A DNA stretch of 64,000 bases from Fibrobacteria bacterium (GTDB lineage: Bacteria > Fibrobacterota > Fibrobacteria > UBA11236), in assembly GCA_043732185.1 (NCBI GenBank), contig JAYTHY010000050.1, forward strand, positions 4,067 to 68,066, written 5' to 3'. The notes below the pieces were generated by a model, which worked only from the letters and a program-made list of their open reading frames with translations, searched no databases and had not been told where the DNA came from. Position numbers and translations under genes: made by a program. Below are positions 1-10,328 of the stretch, piece by piece (within the stretch, counting starts at the first letter, position 1; every line of letters begins with the position of its first letter).

Positions 1-3000
1 AGCCCTGACTCGCGTGGCGCAAGAAAATCGGCTAAGGCGAGATTGGGTTCACTGCCGGCCTTATCGCTTTGTTGCCTCAGTGAATGCACGGTGGCTTTGA
101 CTGTCGAGCAGGATTCATCGGCATAGATTTCAATGTCATCGCCACGGCTCTTGGCGGGAAAAATTCCAAACACGGCCTGGGCAGTCAAATTTTTATCCGC
201 TACGATTTTTTTCAACAAGGCTTGCGCATCGGCAAACAACTTGGTCGCTTCCCCACCGACCGTTGCATCCTGAAGGATTTTCGGATACTGCCCGACCAAT
301 TCCCACGTTTGAAAAAAAGGTGTCCAGTCGATAAAGGGAACGATGTCTTCCAATGGATACGCTGTGAAATCCCGAACACCTAGAAAGGCGGGCCGCTTGA
401 TTTCCCCCCGTGCCTGCGCGCCACCCCAATCGATATTGAATTTGCGCTTGCGGGCTTCGGCGATGGAAATCGACTTGCGATCACTCATCTTCTGCTTATG
501 CTCTTGACGCACATTCTCGTAGCGCTCCCGAACCTTTACCATGAAGGCTTCTTGCGTGGCAGGATTCAGCAAGCTTCCGGTAGTGGGCACGCTGCGGGAT
601 GCGTCCAACACATGCACAACCGGGTACGAATATACAGGTGCGATTTTAACCGCTGTATGCGCCACGGAAGTGGTAGCTCCACCAATGAGCAAGGGAATTT
701 TGAGGCCAAGGCGTTCCATTTCACGCGCTACATGCACCATCTCATCCAGAGAAGGTGTGATAAGTCCGGACAGGCCAATAGCGTCCACTTTTTCTGCGAT
801 GGCGGTTTCCAAGATTTTATTGGCCGGAACCATCACGCCCATATCGATAATGGTGTAATTGTTGCAGGCCAAAACCACGCCCACAATATTTTTGCCGATA
901 TCATGCACATCGCCCTTGACTGTGGCCATCAGGATTTTTCCCGCTGCCCGGCTGGTAGAAGGGTTCTTTAATTTTTCCGCTTCGATATAGGGTAACAGGA
1001 CCGCTACGGCTTTTTTCATAACGCGGGCGCTTTTAACAACCTGCGGCAGGAACATCTGGCCGGAACCGAACAAATCGCCCACCACGCTCATGCCCGCCAT
1101 AAGCGGGCCTTCGATGACTTCCAAGGGTTTGGCGTACTTAAGGCGTGCCTCTTCCACGTCCTTGTCGATGAACTCGACAATGCCCTTGACTAGGGAATGG
1201 CTGAGCCTATCTTCTACCGTTCCCTTGCGCCAGGCTTCATCTTCCACCTTGCCCTTTTCGGTTTTCTTAACCGTATCCGCAAAGTTAACGAGCCTTTCCG
1301 TGGCATCGCTGCGACGGTTGAGCAGCACATCCTCGACCAATTCCAAAAGATCCTTGGGAATTTCATCGTACACCTGCAGCATTCCCGCATTGACAATGCC
1401 CATATCCAGTCCCGCCTTGATGGCATGATACAGAAATGCCGAATGCATGGCCTCGCGTACGGGGTTGTTGCCACGGAAGGAAAAGGAAATGTTGGACACT
1501 CCGCCACTGACATGGGCTCCAGGTAGATTGGCTTTGATCCAGCGCGTCGCTTCGATAAAGTCCACGGCATAATTGTTGTGTTCGTCCATGCCCGTGGCCA
1601 CGGTCAGGATGTTGGGATCGAAAATGATGTCCTGCGGGGGAAATCCCACTTCGTCAACGAGGATGCGATAACTGCGGCTGCAAATTTCCTTGCGCCTCTC
1701 CACAGAGTCTGCCTGGCCTTTTTCGTCAAAGGCCATGACCACGGCGGCGGCCCCATAGCGGCGGATAAGTCCGGCCCGTTCCCGAAACTCCTTTTCGCCT
1801 TCCTTAAGACTGATGGAGTTTACAATGCCCTTGCCCTGCACGCATTGCAGCCCTTTTTCTATCACGCTCCACTTGGACGAATCGATCATGACGGGTTTGG
1901 CGGAAATGTCCGGTTCACCGGCTACGAGATTCAGAAAACGCGTCATGGCCGCTTCGGAATCGAGCATTCCCTCGTCCATGTTGACATCGAATATTTGCGC
2001 TCCACCATCGATTTGTTGTTTGGCGATGGCAACACCGGCATCATAATCTCCGGAAAGGATGGCCTTGGAGAATTTTGGAGAACCAGTAATATTGGTGCGC
2101 TCGCCTACATTGACGAAATTGGTCTCCGGCCGAATAATCAGGGGCTCCAACCCGCTGAGCATGGTGTTCTTGGAGGTTTCCGGTATGGGTCGGGGCGGAA
2201 ACTTGGCCACCAAAGCATTGATTTTGGAAATGTGCTCGGGCGTAGTGCCGCAGCAGCCGCCGACAATATTGAGAAAGCCGCTGGCCGCGAACTCCTCTAC
2301 CAGGCGGGACATTTCATCCGCGGTTTGGTCGTATTGGCCAAAGGCATTGGGAAGGCCCGCATTCGGATGACAGCTCAGATGACAACCGGCGATGCGTGAC
2401 AGCTCCTGCACATACGGACGCATGTCTTCCGCACCCAAGGAGCAATTGATGCCTACGCTGAATACAGGCACATGCGAGATGGAAATCCAAAAAGCCTCCA
2501 CCGTCTGGCCGGAAAGCGTGCGCCCGCTTTTATCCACAATAGTCATGGAAATCATAACCGGCAACCGCATATCCTTTTCCGTGAAATATTTTTCCAAAGC
2601 AAAAAGGGCGGCTTTGCAATTCAAAGTATCGGTGATGGTTTCAATCAGCAGCAAATCGCTGCCGCCATCGACTAGGCCGCGCACTTGTTCGGTATAGGCA
2701 TCCACCAATTGCTGAAACGTTACCGAACGGAAGCCAGGATCGTTTACATCCGGAGACATCGACAAGGTACGCGTGGTAGGACCGATGGATCCGGCCACAA
2801 AGCGAGGCTTGTCCGGTGTGCGTAAAGTAAAATCCGCCGCGGCTTTTTTGGCCAGACGGGCGGCGGCCACGTTCAGTTCATAGACCAAGCCTTCCATATG
2901 GTAGTCGGCCATGGAAACGGCGTTGGAGTTGAAAGTATTGGTTTCCAGGATATCGGCACCGGCTTCCAAATACGCGCGGTGGATGCCATCGATGACATCG

Positions 3001-3200
3001 GGCCGGGTGATGGCCAGCAAATCGTTGTTGCCCTTCACATCGCAGGTATGGGTTTTGAAACGCTCTCCACGGAAGTCGCTCTCCCCTAGTGTGTGTCGCT
3101 GGATCATGGTGCCCATGGCGCCGTCCAGGATGAGTATGCGTTTTTGTGCCGCACGTAAAACAGGATGCTGGGCTGAATCGAGAGGGTTTTTAGAAAACAT
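1..3200 (-). CDS. metH: B12-dependent methionine synthase (partial; 3' end runs off the left edge)
   Basis: Hand translation of the minus strand from ATG 3200: MFSKNPL...[14 protein letters not shown]...KGNNDLL, plus the cobalamin-binding motif [13 protein letters not shown] near 890-930. It is absent from the ORF track because there is no stop in the window. Confidence 0.97.
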   Translation of the reverse strand, partial: MFSKNPLDSAQHPVLRAAQKRILILDGAMGTMIQRHTLGESDFRGERFKTHTCDVKGNNDLLAITRPDVIDGIHRAYLEAGADILETNTFNSNAVSMADYHMEGLVYELNVAAARLAKKAAADFTLRTPDKPRFVAGSIGPTTRTLSMSPDVNDPGFRSVTFQQLVDAYTEQVRGLVDGGSDLLLIETITDTLNCKAALFALEKYFTEKDMRLPVMISMTIVDKSGRTLSGQTVEAFWISISHVPVFSVGINCSLGAEDMRPYVQELSRIAGCHLSCHPNAGLPNAFGQYDQTADEMSRLVEEFAASGFLNIVGGCCGTTPEHISKINALVAKFPPRPIPETSKNTMLSGLEPLIIRPETNFVNVGERTNITGSPKFSKAILSGDYDAGVAIAKQQIDGGAQIFDVNMDEGMLDSEAAMTRFLNLVAGEPDISAKPVMIDSSKWSVIEKGLQCVQGKGIVNSISLKEGEKEFRERAGLIRRYGAAAVVMAFDEKGQADSVERRKEICSRSYRILVDEVGFPPQDIIFDPNILTVATGMDEHNNYAVDFIEATRWIKANLPGAHVSGGVSNISFSFRGNNPVREAMHSAFLYHAIKAGLDMGIVNAGMLQVYDEIPKDLLELVEDVLLNRRSDATERLVNFADTVKKTEKGKVEDEAWRKGTVEDRLSHSLVKGIVEFIDKDVEEARLKYAKPLEVIEGPLMAGMSVVGDLFGSGQMFLPQVVKSARVMKKAVAVLLPYIEAEKLKNPSTSRAAGKILMATVKGDVHDIGKNIVGVVLACNNYTIIDMGVMVPANKILETAIAEKVDAIGLSGLITPSLDEMVHVAREMERLGLKIPLLIGGATTSVAHTAVKIAPVYSYPVVHVLDASRSVPTTGSLLNPATQEAFMVKVRERYENVRQEHKQKMSDRKSISIAEARKRKFNIDWGGAQARGEIKRPAFLGVRDFTAYPLEDIVPFIDWTPFFQTWELVGQYPKILQDATVGGEATKLFADAQALLKKIVADKNLTAQAVFGIFPAKSRGDDIEIYADESCSTVKATVHSLRQQSDKAGSEPNLALADFLAPRESG

Positions 3201-3249
3201 GTCTACTTTCCTTGTGCTTAATTCGAATTCCGTGGTGGGAATGGGTCGG

Positions 3250-4209
3250 TCAGGGTTTTTCAGCTTGCATCAACAAGCCTTCGATTTCAGGGTAGTCCTT
3301 GGTGGACCCGGTGATTTCCGCATGGAGCTTTTCAAATCCGCTTTCCTTGAGCCAGCTTTCCAAATCGCTTAAGGAAAAGCCCAACCAAAAATCACCGAAC
3401 TTAGTGCGCATCCATTCTTCGCCATGGGCAAGCAGATCCAGGATGAGAATTCGACCTCCCGGAACCAACAGCCGGAAAGACTCGGCGATGGCTTCCTTTG
3501 GCTTAGCAGCATGGTGCAGGGACTGGGACACGATAACCAGGTCAAAGTTCGCGGACGGCAAGCCGGTTTCTTCCATTTGCTTGTGTAAGAAAACAGGATT
3601 TGCCAAAGCCGATTTACCGGTTCCCGCATTGCCCAGCTCGCGTGCCAGGCGGATTTGCTCATCGCTCGTATCCACACCCGTGACCTTATTCCCGGATTGC
3701 GCCAGCATGATGGACAGGCGTCCATTGCCGCAGCCGAGATCTAGAATGCGCTTGCCTCCGATAAGGCGAATGAGTCCGTGGGAAAGCGCGCGCCAAGATT
3801 GCCCCGGCGAGGGCATGTTTTGCACCGCTTGGGAGTTGAAGAATTCACGGGACCGCATGCCGCGCTCTTCGAGAACTTTTTGCAGACTGCGGAAATCTCG
3901 CGCGTACCACTTAGCCAAGTGCGCGCTTTGCAAAGCATTGGCTACAATGGTTGTCCTGGGATCCTCTTTGACCGCAGTGGGAATGCGGTAGAGAACCTTT
4001 TGGCCTTCTTTGCGGCTGGCTACCAAATCTTGTTCTTTAAGTAAACCGAGCTGCGTGGACAGGGTGCTTTGGCCAAGACCCAGAACCTTTTGAAGCTCCC
4101 CCACCGCCAATTCATTTTCTTGCAACAAGGATAAAATCCGAAGCCGGGTTTCATCGCTTAAAAGCTTAAAAATGCCAGTCAGAACATCGATTTGCAGGAC
4201 ATTGGGCAT
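3250..4209 (-). CDS. ArsR-family regulator fused to a SAM-binding methyltransferase domain (SahR-type)
   Basis: N-terminal ArsR HTH ([13 protein letters not shown]...GQSTLSTQL) plus class I MTase motif LDLGCGNG and SLHH. Directly upstream of and co-oriented with metH. Confidence 0.9.
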   Translation of the reverse strand: MPNVLQIDVLTGIFKLLSDETRLRILSLLQENELAVGELQKVLGLGQSTLSTQLGLLKEQDLVASRKEGQKVLYRIPTAVKEDPRTTIVANALQSAHLAKWYARDFRSLQKVLEERGMRSREFFNSQAVQNMPSPGQSWRALSHGLIRLIGGKRILDLGCGNGRLSIMLAQSGNKVTGVDTSDEQIRLARELGNAGTGKSALANPVFLHKQMEETGLPSANFDLVIVSQSLHHAAKPKEAIAESFRLLVPGGRILILDLLAHGEEWMRTKFGDFWLGFSLSDLESWLKESGFEKLHAEITGSTKDYPEIEGLLMQAEKP

Positions 4210-4230
4210 GGTGGACTAAAGTATATCAAT

Positions 4231-4250
4231 ATATCGTGAAATAAAGATAT
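4231..4250. promoter_or_regulatory. Candidate SahR-type operator ATATC-N10-GATAT
   Basis: ATATCGTGAAATAAAGATAT, a 20-bp imperfect palindrome about 20 bp upstream of the regulator ATG. It resembles the 20-bp SahR box described in Proteobacteria. Confidence 0.65.
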
Positions 4251-4278
4251 ATTTTCCACTCAGGCAGTGGCGGCACCC

Positions 4279-4635
4279 TCAATTTGAAGCGTGGGTGACA
4301 AAAACCCCGAAGAAAAATAGCAGGAATCCCAAAAAATAAGCGCCATTGAACAGCGCACCCAGAGCCGCTGCTATTTTATGCTTTCCATAAAACATCTGTC
4401 GCAAGCTCCACCCCAATCCAAAAAAGGCGATAAAACTAAGCCCGAATACAATCGTAATCAGTACGCCGGCCTGCGTCTTTCGGGCAGGTTCAAAATTGGG
4501 AAAACCGATGTTCAGCAACCAGCACATGGCCAGGAATTGCAGCACCATCACTGCCGGTGGAATGCATAATGTGAAAAATGGGCTGTCCTGAAATGCCGGA
4601 AGTTTGCTGCTCAATCTAATCCTCAAGGATCCCAA
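4279..4635 (-). CDS. Small membrane protein (about 3 TM), unknown function
   Basis: 118-aa ORF with three hydrophobic segments; overlaps the dihydroorotase stop; start uncertain. Confidence 0.65.
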   Translation of the reverse strand: MGSLRIRLSSKLPAFQDSPFFTLCIPPAVMVLQFLAMCWLLNIGFPNFEPARKTQAGVLITIVFGLSFIAFFGLGWSLRQMFYGKHKIAAALGALFNGAYFLGFLLFFFGVFVTHASN

Positions 4636-5951
4636 GGCGCGACGATGTCCATTTCCTTGCCGAGATGATCGGTAAAGAATTCACCTTCACGAAAAACCAC
4701 ATGACCATTAACCATAGTCATAATCGGCCAACCCTTGGTTTTCCATCCATGGTACGGACTCCAATTGACCTTGGTCTGGAGCTTGCCGTTTTCGATGGTT
4801 TTTTCCTTCTCCATGTCAACGAGCACAAGGTCAGCAGCATATCCAACTTCTATCTTGCCTCGGCCTTGAATCCCGTATAGCCGCGCCGGGTTTTCACACA
4901 TCCAGCGCACCACGTCTTCCAAACTGCATAAACCTTGGTTGACGCGGTTCAACATCAGTGGCAAAGAGGTTTCCACTCCCGGCATGCCGGAGGGAGAACT
5001 CGGATAGCCCTTATCCTTTTCTGCGCGGGTATGCGGCGCGTGATCGGTGGCAATGCAGTCTATGACTCCGGTCTTAAGAGCGTGCCACAGTGCTTCACCA
5101 TGCCGGCGCTCGCGAATGGGCGGATTCATCTGCGCATAGGTGCCCAACGCATCATAACATTCCGGGGCCGTCAAGAGAAAATGCTGGGGACAGACTTCGG
5201 CGGTTACCGGCAGCCCCTTTTTTTCCTTGGCCAGGAATTCTGCTTCCTCCTGCGTCGTCATATGCAAAATATGCAAACGGCGCTGATATTTTCGGGACAA
5301 GGCTACAGCTGTGCGCGTGGCTTTAATAGCCACTTCCGGACTGCGGATAAGATTGTGGTCGTGCACGCGCGTGGTGTGAGGATATCGGGCCTTGTTTTCC
5401 TTGATCAGGACTTCATCTTCCGCATGCACGGCGATAAGCCGACGGCCGGTGGCGAATATCCGTTCCAAGTCCTCAAGTTTGTCGACGAGCAAAGAACCGG
5501 TGGAAGCACCCATAAAGATTTTTATGCCGCAGACATTTTTTACCGTCTGGAGATCCGGCAGGTTTTCCGGAGTGCCGCCGATGAAAAAATTGTAATTGAC
5601 CAAACTTTTGGCCGCTGCAATTTTTTTCTTAGCTTCCATGAGCGCAACAGTTACGGTAGCCGGTGTCGTATTGGGCATTTCCAGAAAGCCGGTAACACCT
5701 CCGGCTGCCGCGGCCCGGGATCCAGTGGCCAGATCCTCTTTCCATTCCATGCCGGGGTCGCGAAAATGAACTTGGGGGTCTATCGCACCTGGAATGAGGT
5801 GCAGCCCACGGGCGTTTATAATTTCGGCACCAGAGGCCTGGAGAGAATTCCCCATGGCACGGATAACCCCGTCAGCAACTAGAACATCAATAGATTGGGT
5901 GCCATTGGGCGTCACAACCTTGGCGTTTTGGATCCATTTTTCGGTTTGCAT
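4623..5951 (-). CDS. pyrC: Dihydroorotase (amidohydrolase superfamily)
   Basis: PGAIDPQVHFRDPG, AAAAGGVT..EMPNT, MNPPIR, IATDHAPH, SGMPGVET motifs. Start taken at ATG 5951 (ORF track extends to 5972). Confidence 0.88.
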   Translation of the reverse strand: MQTEKWIQNAKVVTPNGTQSIDVLVADGVIRAMGNSLQASGAEIINARGLHLIPGAIDPQVHFRDPGMEWKEDLATGSRAAAAGGVTGFLEMPNTTPATVTVALMEAKKKIAAAKSLVNYNFFIGGTPENLPDLQTVKNVCGIKIFMGASTGSLLVDKLEDLERIFATGRRLIAVHAEDEVLIKENKARYPHTTRVHDHNLIRSPEVAIKATRTAVALSRKYQRRLHILHMTTQEEAEFLAKEKKGLPVTAEVCPQHFLLTAPECYDALGTYAQMNPPIRERRHGEALWHALKTGVIDCIATDHAPHTRAEKDKGYPSSPSGMPGVETSLPLMLNRVNQGLCSLEDVVRWMCENPARLYGIQGRGKIEVGYAADLVLVDMEKEKTIENGKLQTKVNWSPYHGWKTKGWPIMTMVNGHVVFREGEFFTDHLGKEMDIVAPWDP

Positions 5952-5999
5952 ATCTCTCGCTAAGAGTAGCAATACCGGCTGCGAATTTCGAACCTGAAA

Positions 6000-6362
6000 T
6001 TACCGGCTGGCTTCGAGTAATTTGTTTTTTTCTTTATCGTCCCCGTTGATCTCACGGAGCACGACCTTCATTTCAAATTCTTCCCGGTCTACATTTTGCA
6101 TGAAAAAAGGATCTCGGGAAAAGTCCCGGTTGATAATCGAGCCTTTAATATCCTCGTCTCCGGAAGCACCGGGCATCAAAATATAAATGGCTGGAAGTTC
6201 GGTTTTTCCAAAGATCTCGATATTGGTCAACAAGTGATCTTTTTTCTTTGCTTCAGCATCCTCAGCGCGGGCATTTGTCCCTTCAAAAACCAGGAGCCCT
6301 ACGAAAATAAAAGCAGCTGAAATCCTGGCGTGCACGGGAACCTCCGGTAAAGCGGTGCTCAT
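6000..6362 (-). CDS. Small exported protein, GltF/CglF-like
   Basis: Signal-like N-terminus, then IEIFGKTELPAIYILMP...VDREEF, resembling the GxxELPxxxYIxP...DRxxF pattern of GltF/CglF-like proteins. Start taken at ATG 6362. Confidence 0.5.
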   Translation of the reverse strand: MSTALPEVPVHARISAAFIFVGLLVFEGTNARAEDAEAKKKDHLLTNIEIFGKTELPAIYILMPGASGDEDIKGSIINRDFSRDPFFMQNVDREEFEMKVVLREINGDDKEKNKLLEASR

Positions 6363-6403
6363 ACTATAAGTTGAGGACCAGGTATTGTCAATTGGTATCC
6401 TGC

Positions 6404-7405
6404 CTATGCCCAACGCAGCGAAGGTTGAACTTCAATATTGCCGGTTAAAAGGCCGTTATTGGCGCGCCATTGTGCGATTGCAGCTATCATTGCGCCATTG
6501 TCGCCACAATAAGATTGAGCAGGGAAAATCGCACGGAAACCGCGTTTCTTTGCTTCTATCTGCATTCTTTCCCGCAAATAAACATTCGCGCTAACCCCGC
6601 CTACCACCGCCAATGTTTCCAATTGCGTGGCAAAAAGTGCTTGCATGGTTTTCTTGACCAATACATCAACGATAGCGCCTTCAATGGATGCACAAATATC
6701 GATGAGATTACTTTGCAAAAATTCTGGGGTTTGCGTTTCCGTATAGCGCAAAACGGCGGTTTTTAACCCACTAAAGGAAAATTCGAAATTATCCCGCTGG
6801 TCCAGGGCCTTGGGCAAAGTGACGAAATTGCGTTTTCCAGTGGCCGCCAAGCGAGCCAATTGAGGTCCGGCTGGATATCCGAGGCCCAGGATTTTACCGC
6901 TTTTATCAAAGGCTTCACCTGCAGCGTCATCGCGGGTTTTTCCAATGAGCGTGTACTTGAGACCCTCATCCACGCGACAAAATTCCGTATGGCCGCCGGA
7001 AACGACCAAGCACAGAAACGGCGGTTTTAGACTGGGCTCCTCCAGAAAAATGGAAGCTAAATGCCCTTCCAAATGGTTCACGCCTTCTACCGGTTTGGAT
7101 AAATAGCGGCCTAGAGCGCGGGCAAAAGAAGCACCAACGAGTAAGGGACCCAATAGCCCTGGACCCCGGGTAAAGGCAATTTGATCCACGGAATCCAGTG
7201 TCAAGGAGGCATCTGCCAAGGCCAGCCGGACAATAGGATCGATTTTTTCTAAATGGGCCCTGGCGGCAATTTCAGGAACTACCCCCCCGTATTCGGCATG
7301 AATGGGGATTTGGCTGTAGACTTGATTGGCTAAAACCCGCATTTCGTCATCCACGAGTCCGCAGGAGGTTTCGTCGCAGGAAGTTTCAATGCCCAAGGTT
7401 ATCAT
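6404..7405 (-). CDS. tsaD: tRNA N6-adenosine threonylcarbamoyltransferase
   Basis: LGIETSCDET, YGGVVPEIAARAH, VNHLEGH, VSGGHT, TRDDAAGEAFDK, FSFSGLKT, DNGAMIA. Confidence 0.98.
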   Translation of the reverse strand: MITLGIETSCDETSCGLVDDEMRVLANQVYSQIPIHAEYGGVVPEIAARAHLEKIDPIVRLALADASLTLDSVDQIAFTRGPGLLGPLLVGASFARALGRYLSKPVEGVNHLEGHLASIFLEEPSLKPPFLCLVVSGGHTEFCRVDEGLKYTLIGKTRDDAAGEAFDKSGKILGLGYPAGPQLARLAATGKRNFVTLPKALDQRDNFEFSFSGLKTAVLRYTETQTPEFLQSNLIDICASIEGAIVDVLVKKTMQALFATQLETLAVVGGVSANVYLRERMQIEAKKRGFRAIFPAQSYCGDNGAMIAAIAQWRANNGLLTGNIEVQPSLRWA

Positions 7406-7475
7406 TTAATCAAATTAACATATCCCATGAACGAGCCCAATCTTCTCCTTCACAAATCGCCTGAATTGATGGAAA

Positions 7476-9383
7476 ATGAATTACGTGAATATGACTACAG
7501 CAAATATCAGCAAACAAGACCTGCTTAAAACTTTTTTACCGCTGGCCGATAGTGGTAAGACATTTCTGGAAATCCTACTGGTAAATCCTAAATCCATGAA
7601 AGTGGAGGGGCGTGGATTTTTCAACGATGTAGATTTTCTCATGGACACATGTAAACCACTGTTAGGTAGGTTTAATTTTTGTCTCAGCAATTTCGGATAC
7701 CCACATGACAAGGTTCCAAGCCGCGGCGCCTTGAACCAATTCGATCGAACTTTGTTGGACTCCTCCCTGCAGGATCAGGCCAAAGTGCATTCCTTGTCTA
7801 TAGCCATGTTGTTCAAGCCGGAACTGATCCGCGAAATGACTGAGCAAGGTGTGAGCCTGGACCAGTTTTTGAATATCAAATATCAAATCGATTCGATTTT
7901 CAGCCGTTTGAATATCAGCAACTACGGGCTGGATTATTTCCTTTCCGGAGTCGTCCTCCGCTTTCAACCGGCCGAAGCTTTGCAGCAACGACCTTTGAAC
8001 AAGGCTGCACTGATTTTGGTGGCCAAACATTTGATTGGGTTGGTCGAAAAGAAAATGAACGGGCAGGAAGTGAAACGCTTTTCCTTGACCTCTTCTGTAT
8101 TGGGAAAAGTATTGGACCCTATGCCGGGTCTACCTGGCATTTTCGCAGGTGAAGCCTCGGGAAGCATGACCGTCCTATCCTCCGGCTCTTTGGAACAGGG
8201 GGAGAACGCCATTTTCCAGTCGATATTAGAAGATGTTTTCGAGCCAAAAGGCAAGCCTGGTAAAGAAGGGCACACGGCTCCCAATACCACTGGACTCAGC
8301 CAAAACTGGCAGGAGACGGAAGAGGTCCAGTTTGAAACGAGGCCCGTTCACGACCTTGAACCGGATCACGAAACACATTCGTCCCGAGCTAAGGAAAGAT
8401 ATTCCGACCCCAAGGAACAACTTAATTCCAAAGAGTTGATGACCTTTTTTAATACTCGATCCCAAACTCCATGGCATTGGCCGCTTTATTCCAGCCTCTT
8501 CAACCGTATTTATGGGGGATTGGCTTGTGGCGAATTGCTCCTTTTGCAAAGCGACCCATTTGCCGCCGAACTCGCTTACCATTTTTTAATTCAAGGCGCG
8601 GAAGATTTCTGTAAGGAAGGCAAAGGCCAGTTTCTGATTTTTTCGAAAAAGCGATCCCTGGGAGAGCTGGCCCTCTCTTCCCTTTCTCGCCATTATAAAA
8701 CCAACCCCCTTACATCCACGGCTCCGTCCAAACCAGACAACGCAACTTTAGCCAAAACCTATGCGGCTCTCTTTCCAAACGCTCCGCAAATGCCTGTCTG
8801 TAACCGTGGCGATGGGTTGGAACAACTCTTAAAGTATTTGGAACATGATTATCTTTTGAAACAGAAGAAAAAAGGCGGTCAATTGGCGCCGTTGATCATC
8901 GTTGTGGACAACCTCAGCGAATTCAGCCAAGGCAACCCTGACGAAGACTTCCGTCGCCTCTCAGCCATGAAACTGCGTTTGGCTGAATTCAACAGTTCCT
9001 TGTGGGTTACCCAAATGCGGCCCGCAGATCCTCTGGCTCAGCAACCCTTGCTGGCCTTAGCCAATTACCTCATCACCGTGGACCACAATGGCGCGCAAGA
9101 GGGCAGCGCTCCGAGTAAGCTTGGACAACCTTCCAAGCCTTCTGATTGGGAGGCCGGATTCCACGCCGAATTCACAGCAGAAATGCTCATTAAGGAATTC
9201 TCCTTGTTGAAGATCCGCTTTCAATCCCATGGTTCACACCGTAATTTCCAAAGCCACTATGCCTACCACCGTCCGTCCTATTTGTTCCATGAGATCAATC
9301 CTGCCCCTGCCTCCGGGCAGAATGCATCCGTAACTGTAACGAGCGCATCCCCGCCGCAAACCCGTACGCCCGCCCAGTCCTAA
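7476..9383 (+). CDS. Hypothetical protein; degenerate AEP-primase-like N-terminus plus degenerate DnaB-like (SF4 helicase) C-terminus
   Basis: 635-aa intact ORF. The C-terminal half follows DnaB motif order (GGLACGELLLL, FLIFS, IIVVDNL, LWVTQMR) but lacks the Walker A GKT. The N-terminus resembles AEP primase scaffolds without DxD or His. Confidence 0.7.
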   Translation: MNYVNMTTANISKQDLLKTFLPLADSGKTFLEILLVNPKSMKVEGRGFFNDVDFLMDTCKPLLGRFNFCLSNFGYPHDKVPSRGALNQFDRTLLDSSLQDQAKVHSLSIAMLFKPELIREMTEQGVSLDQFLNIKYQIDSIFSRLNISNYGLDYFLSGVVLRFQPAEALQQRPLNKAALILVAKHLIGLVEKKMNGQEVKRFSLTSSVLGKVLDPMPGLPGIFAGEASGSMTVLSSGSLEQGENAIFQSILEDVFEPKGKPGKEGHTAPNTTGLSQNWQETEEVQFETRPVHDLEPDHETHSSRAKERYSDPKEQLNSKELMTFFNTRSQTPWHWPLYSSLFNRIYGGLACGELLLLQSDPFAAELAYHFLIQGAEDFCKEGKGQFLIFSKKRSLGELALSSLSRHYKTNPLTSTAPSKPDNATLAKTYAALFPNAPQMPVCNRGDGLEQLLKYLEHDYLLKQKKKGGQLAPLIIVVDNLSEFSQGNPDEDFRRLSAMKLRLAEFNSSLWVTQMRPADPLAQQPLLALANYLITVDHNGAQEGSAPSKLGQPSKPSDWEAGFHAEFTAEMLIKEFSLLKIRFQSHGSHRNFQSHYAYHRPSYLFHEINPAPASGQNASVTVTSASPPQTRTPAQS

Positions 9384-9446
9384 GCGCCTTTTCCGCGGTC
9401 CCTTCCAAGCAGCTTGGGCCTTGTTACTATCTTTTAGGGGCGAGGA

Positions 9447-10328
9447 TTGATGAAAAACCAGCTCGGCTATCTGTTCATCGAAGCCTTTCGCGGATTCCGC
9501 TCCGATAAGTTTCTATCCGTAACCTCCGTGATAACCATCGGCATTTGTACTTCCGTAGTGGCGGGATTGGTACTGACTTTTTATCTCGTCTGGTCCTTGG
9601 GTGGGGGCGGCACATCCGACAGTGTGGTCCGTGTTTTTCCTGGATCCAAATTTGAATCGCAGGAAGCCCTGGACGCCTTGGAAGCCAAGCTCCACCGTTT
9701 GCCGGGATTGGACTCCATAGTTTTTGTGAGCAAAGACGACGCCCTGGAAGAATTCAAACGGGATTTTGGGGATGAAATGGTCCGTTCCTTGGACTGGAAT
9801 CCGCTACCGCATTCCTTTTTGCTTTACTCGGCCAATGGATACCGGACGGCTTCCCAGAACCGGTTGCTCCTCGATCGCATTAAACTATTGGAAGAAGTGG
9901 AAGAGGCCAGTGCCAATTCACTTTACCTGGACTGGCTGGAAAAATGGCGTTTGCCGGTGGAAATGGGTTCAACCTTGCTGATATTGCTGGTAGGGGGAGC
10001 ACTCTCACTTATCATTCATAATTCCGTGAAGCTCAATCTCTATTCGCGCCGCATTCTGGTTGAGAATATGAAATACTGTGGGGCGGGAGAGTTTTTCATC
10101 CTGGCTCCATTCTTAATGGAAGGGCTACTACTGGGAATTTCCGGTAGTTTGATCGGCGTCACCACCTTGGCCTTTTTGCTTTGGCTAGCAAGGTTCATCT
10201 CGCCTACTATTCCCGCGTTAGTACCGTTTTGGACGTGTGCGACGATTTTGCTGGCATCCACGGCCGGTATTGCCGCCATCGCCAGTTTACGAACCGTGCA
10301 GTCTTTCCTCCGGGGTTCGACACATTGA
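9447..10328 (+). CDS. ftsX: Cell division permease-like protein FtsX
   Basis: TM1, periplasmic FVSKDDALEEF...NPLPHSF, then IHNSVKLNLYSRR...MKYCGA...PFLMEG, with 4 TM in total. Confidence 0.93.
   Translation: MMKNQLGYLFIEAFRGFRSDKFLSVTSVITIGICTSVVAGLVLTFYLVWSLGGGGTSDSVVRVFPGSKFESQEALDALEAKLHRLPGLDSIVFVSKDDALEEFKRDFGDEMVRSLDWNPLPHSFLLYSANGYRTASQNRLLLDRIKLLEEVEEASANSLYLDWLEKWRLPVEMGSTLLILLVGGALSLIIHNSVKLNLYSRRILVENMKYCGAGEFFILAPFLMEGLLLGISGSLIGVTTLAFLLWLARFISPTIPALVPFWTCATILLASTAGIAAIASLRTVQSFLRGSTH

Noticed and set aside
84-3372. Numerous plus-strand ORFs of up to 273 aa
   Set aside because: They are antisense shadows of metH and the ArsR-MTase gene, which explain the region fully.
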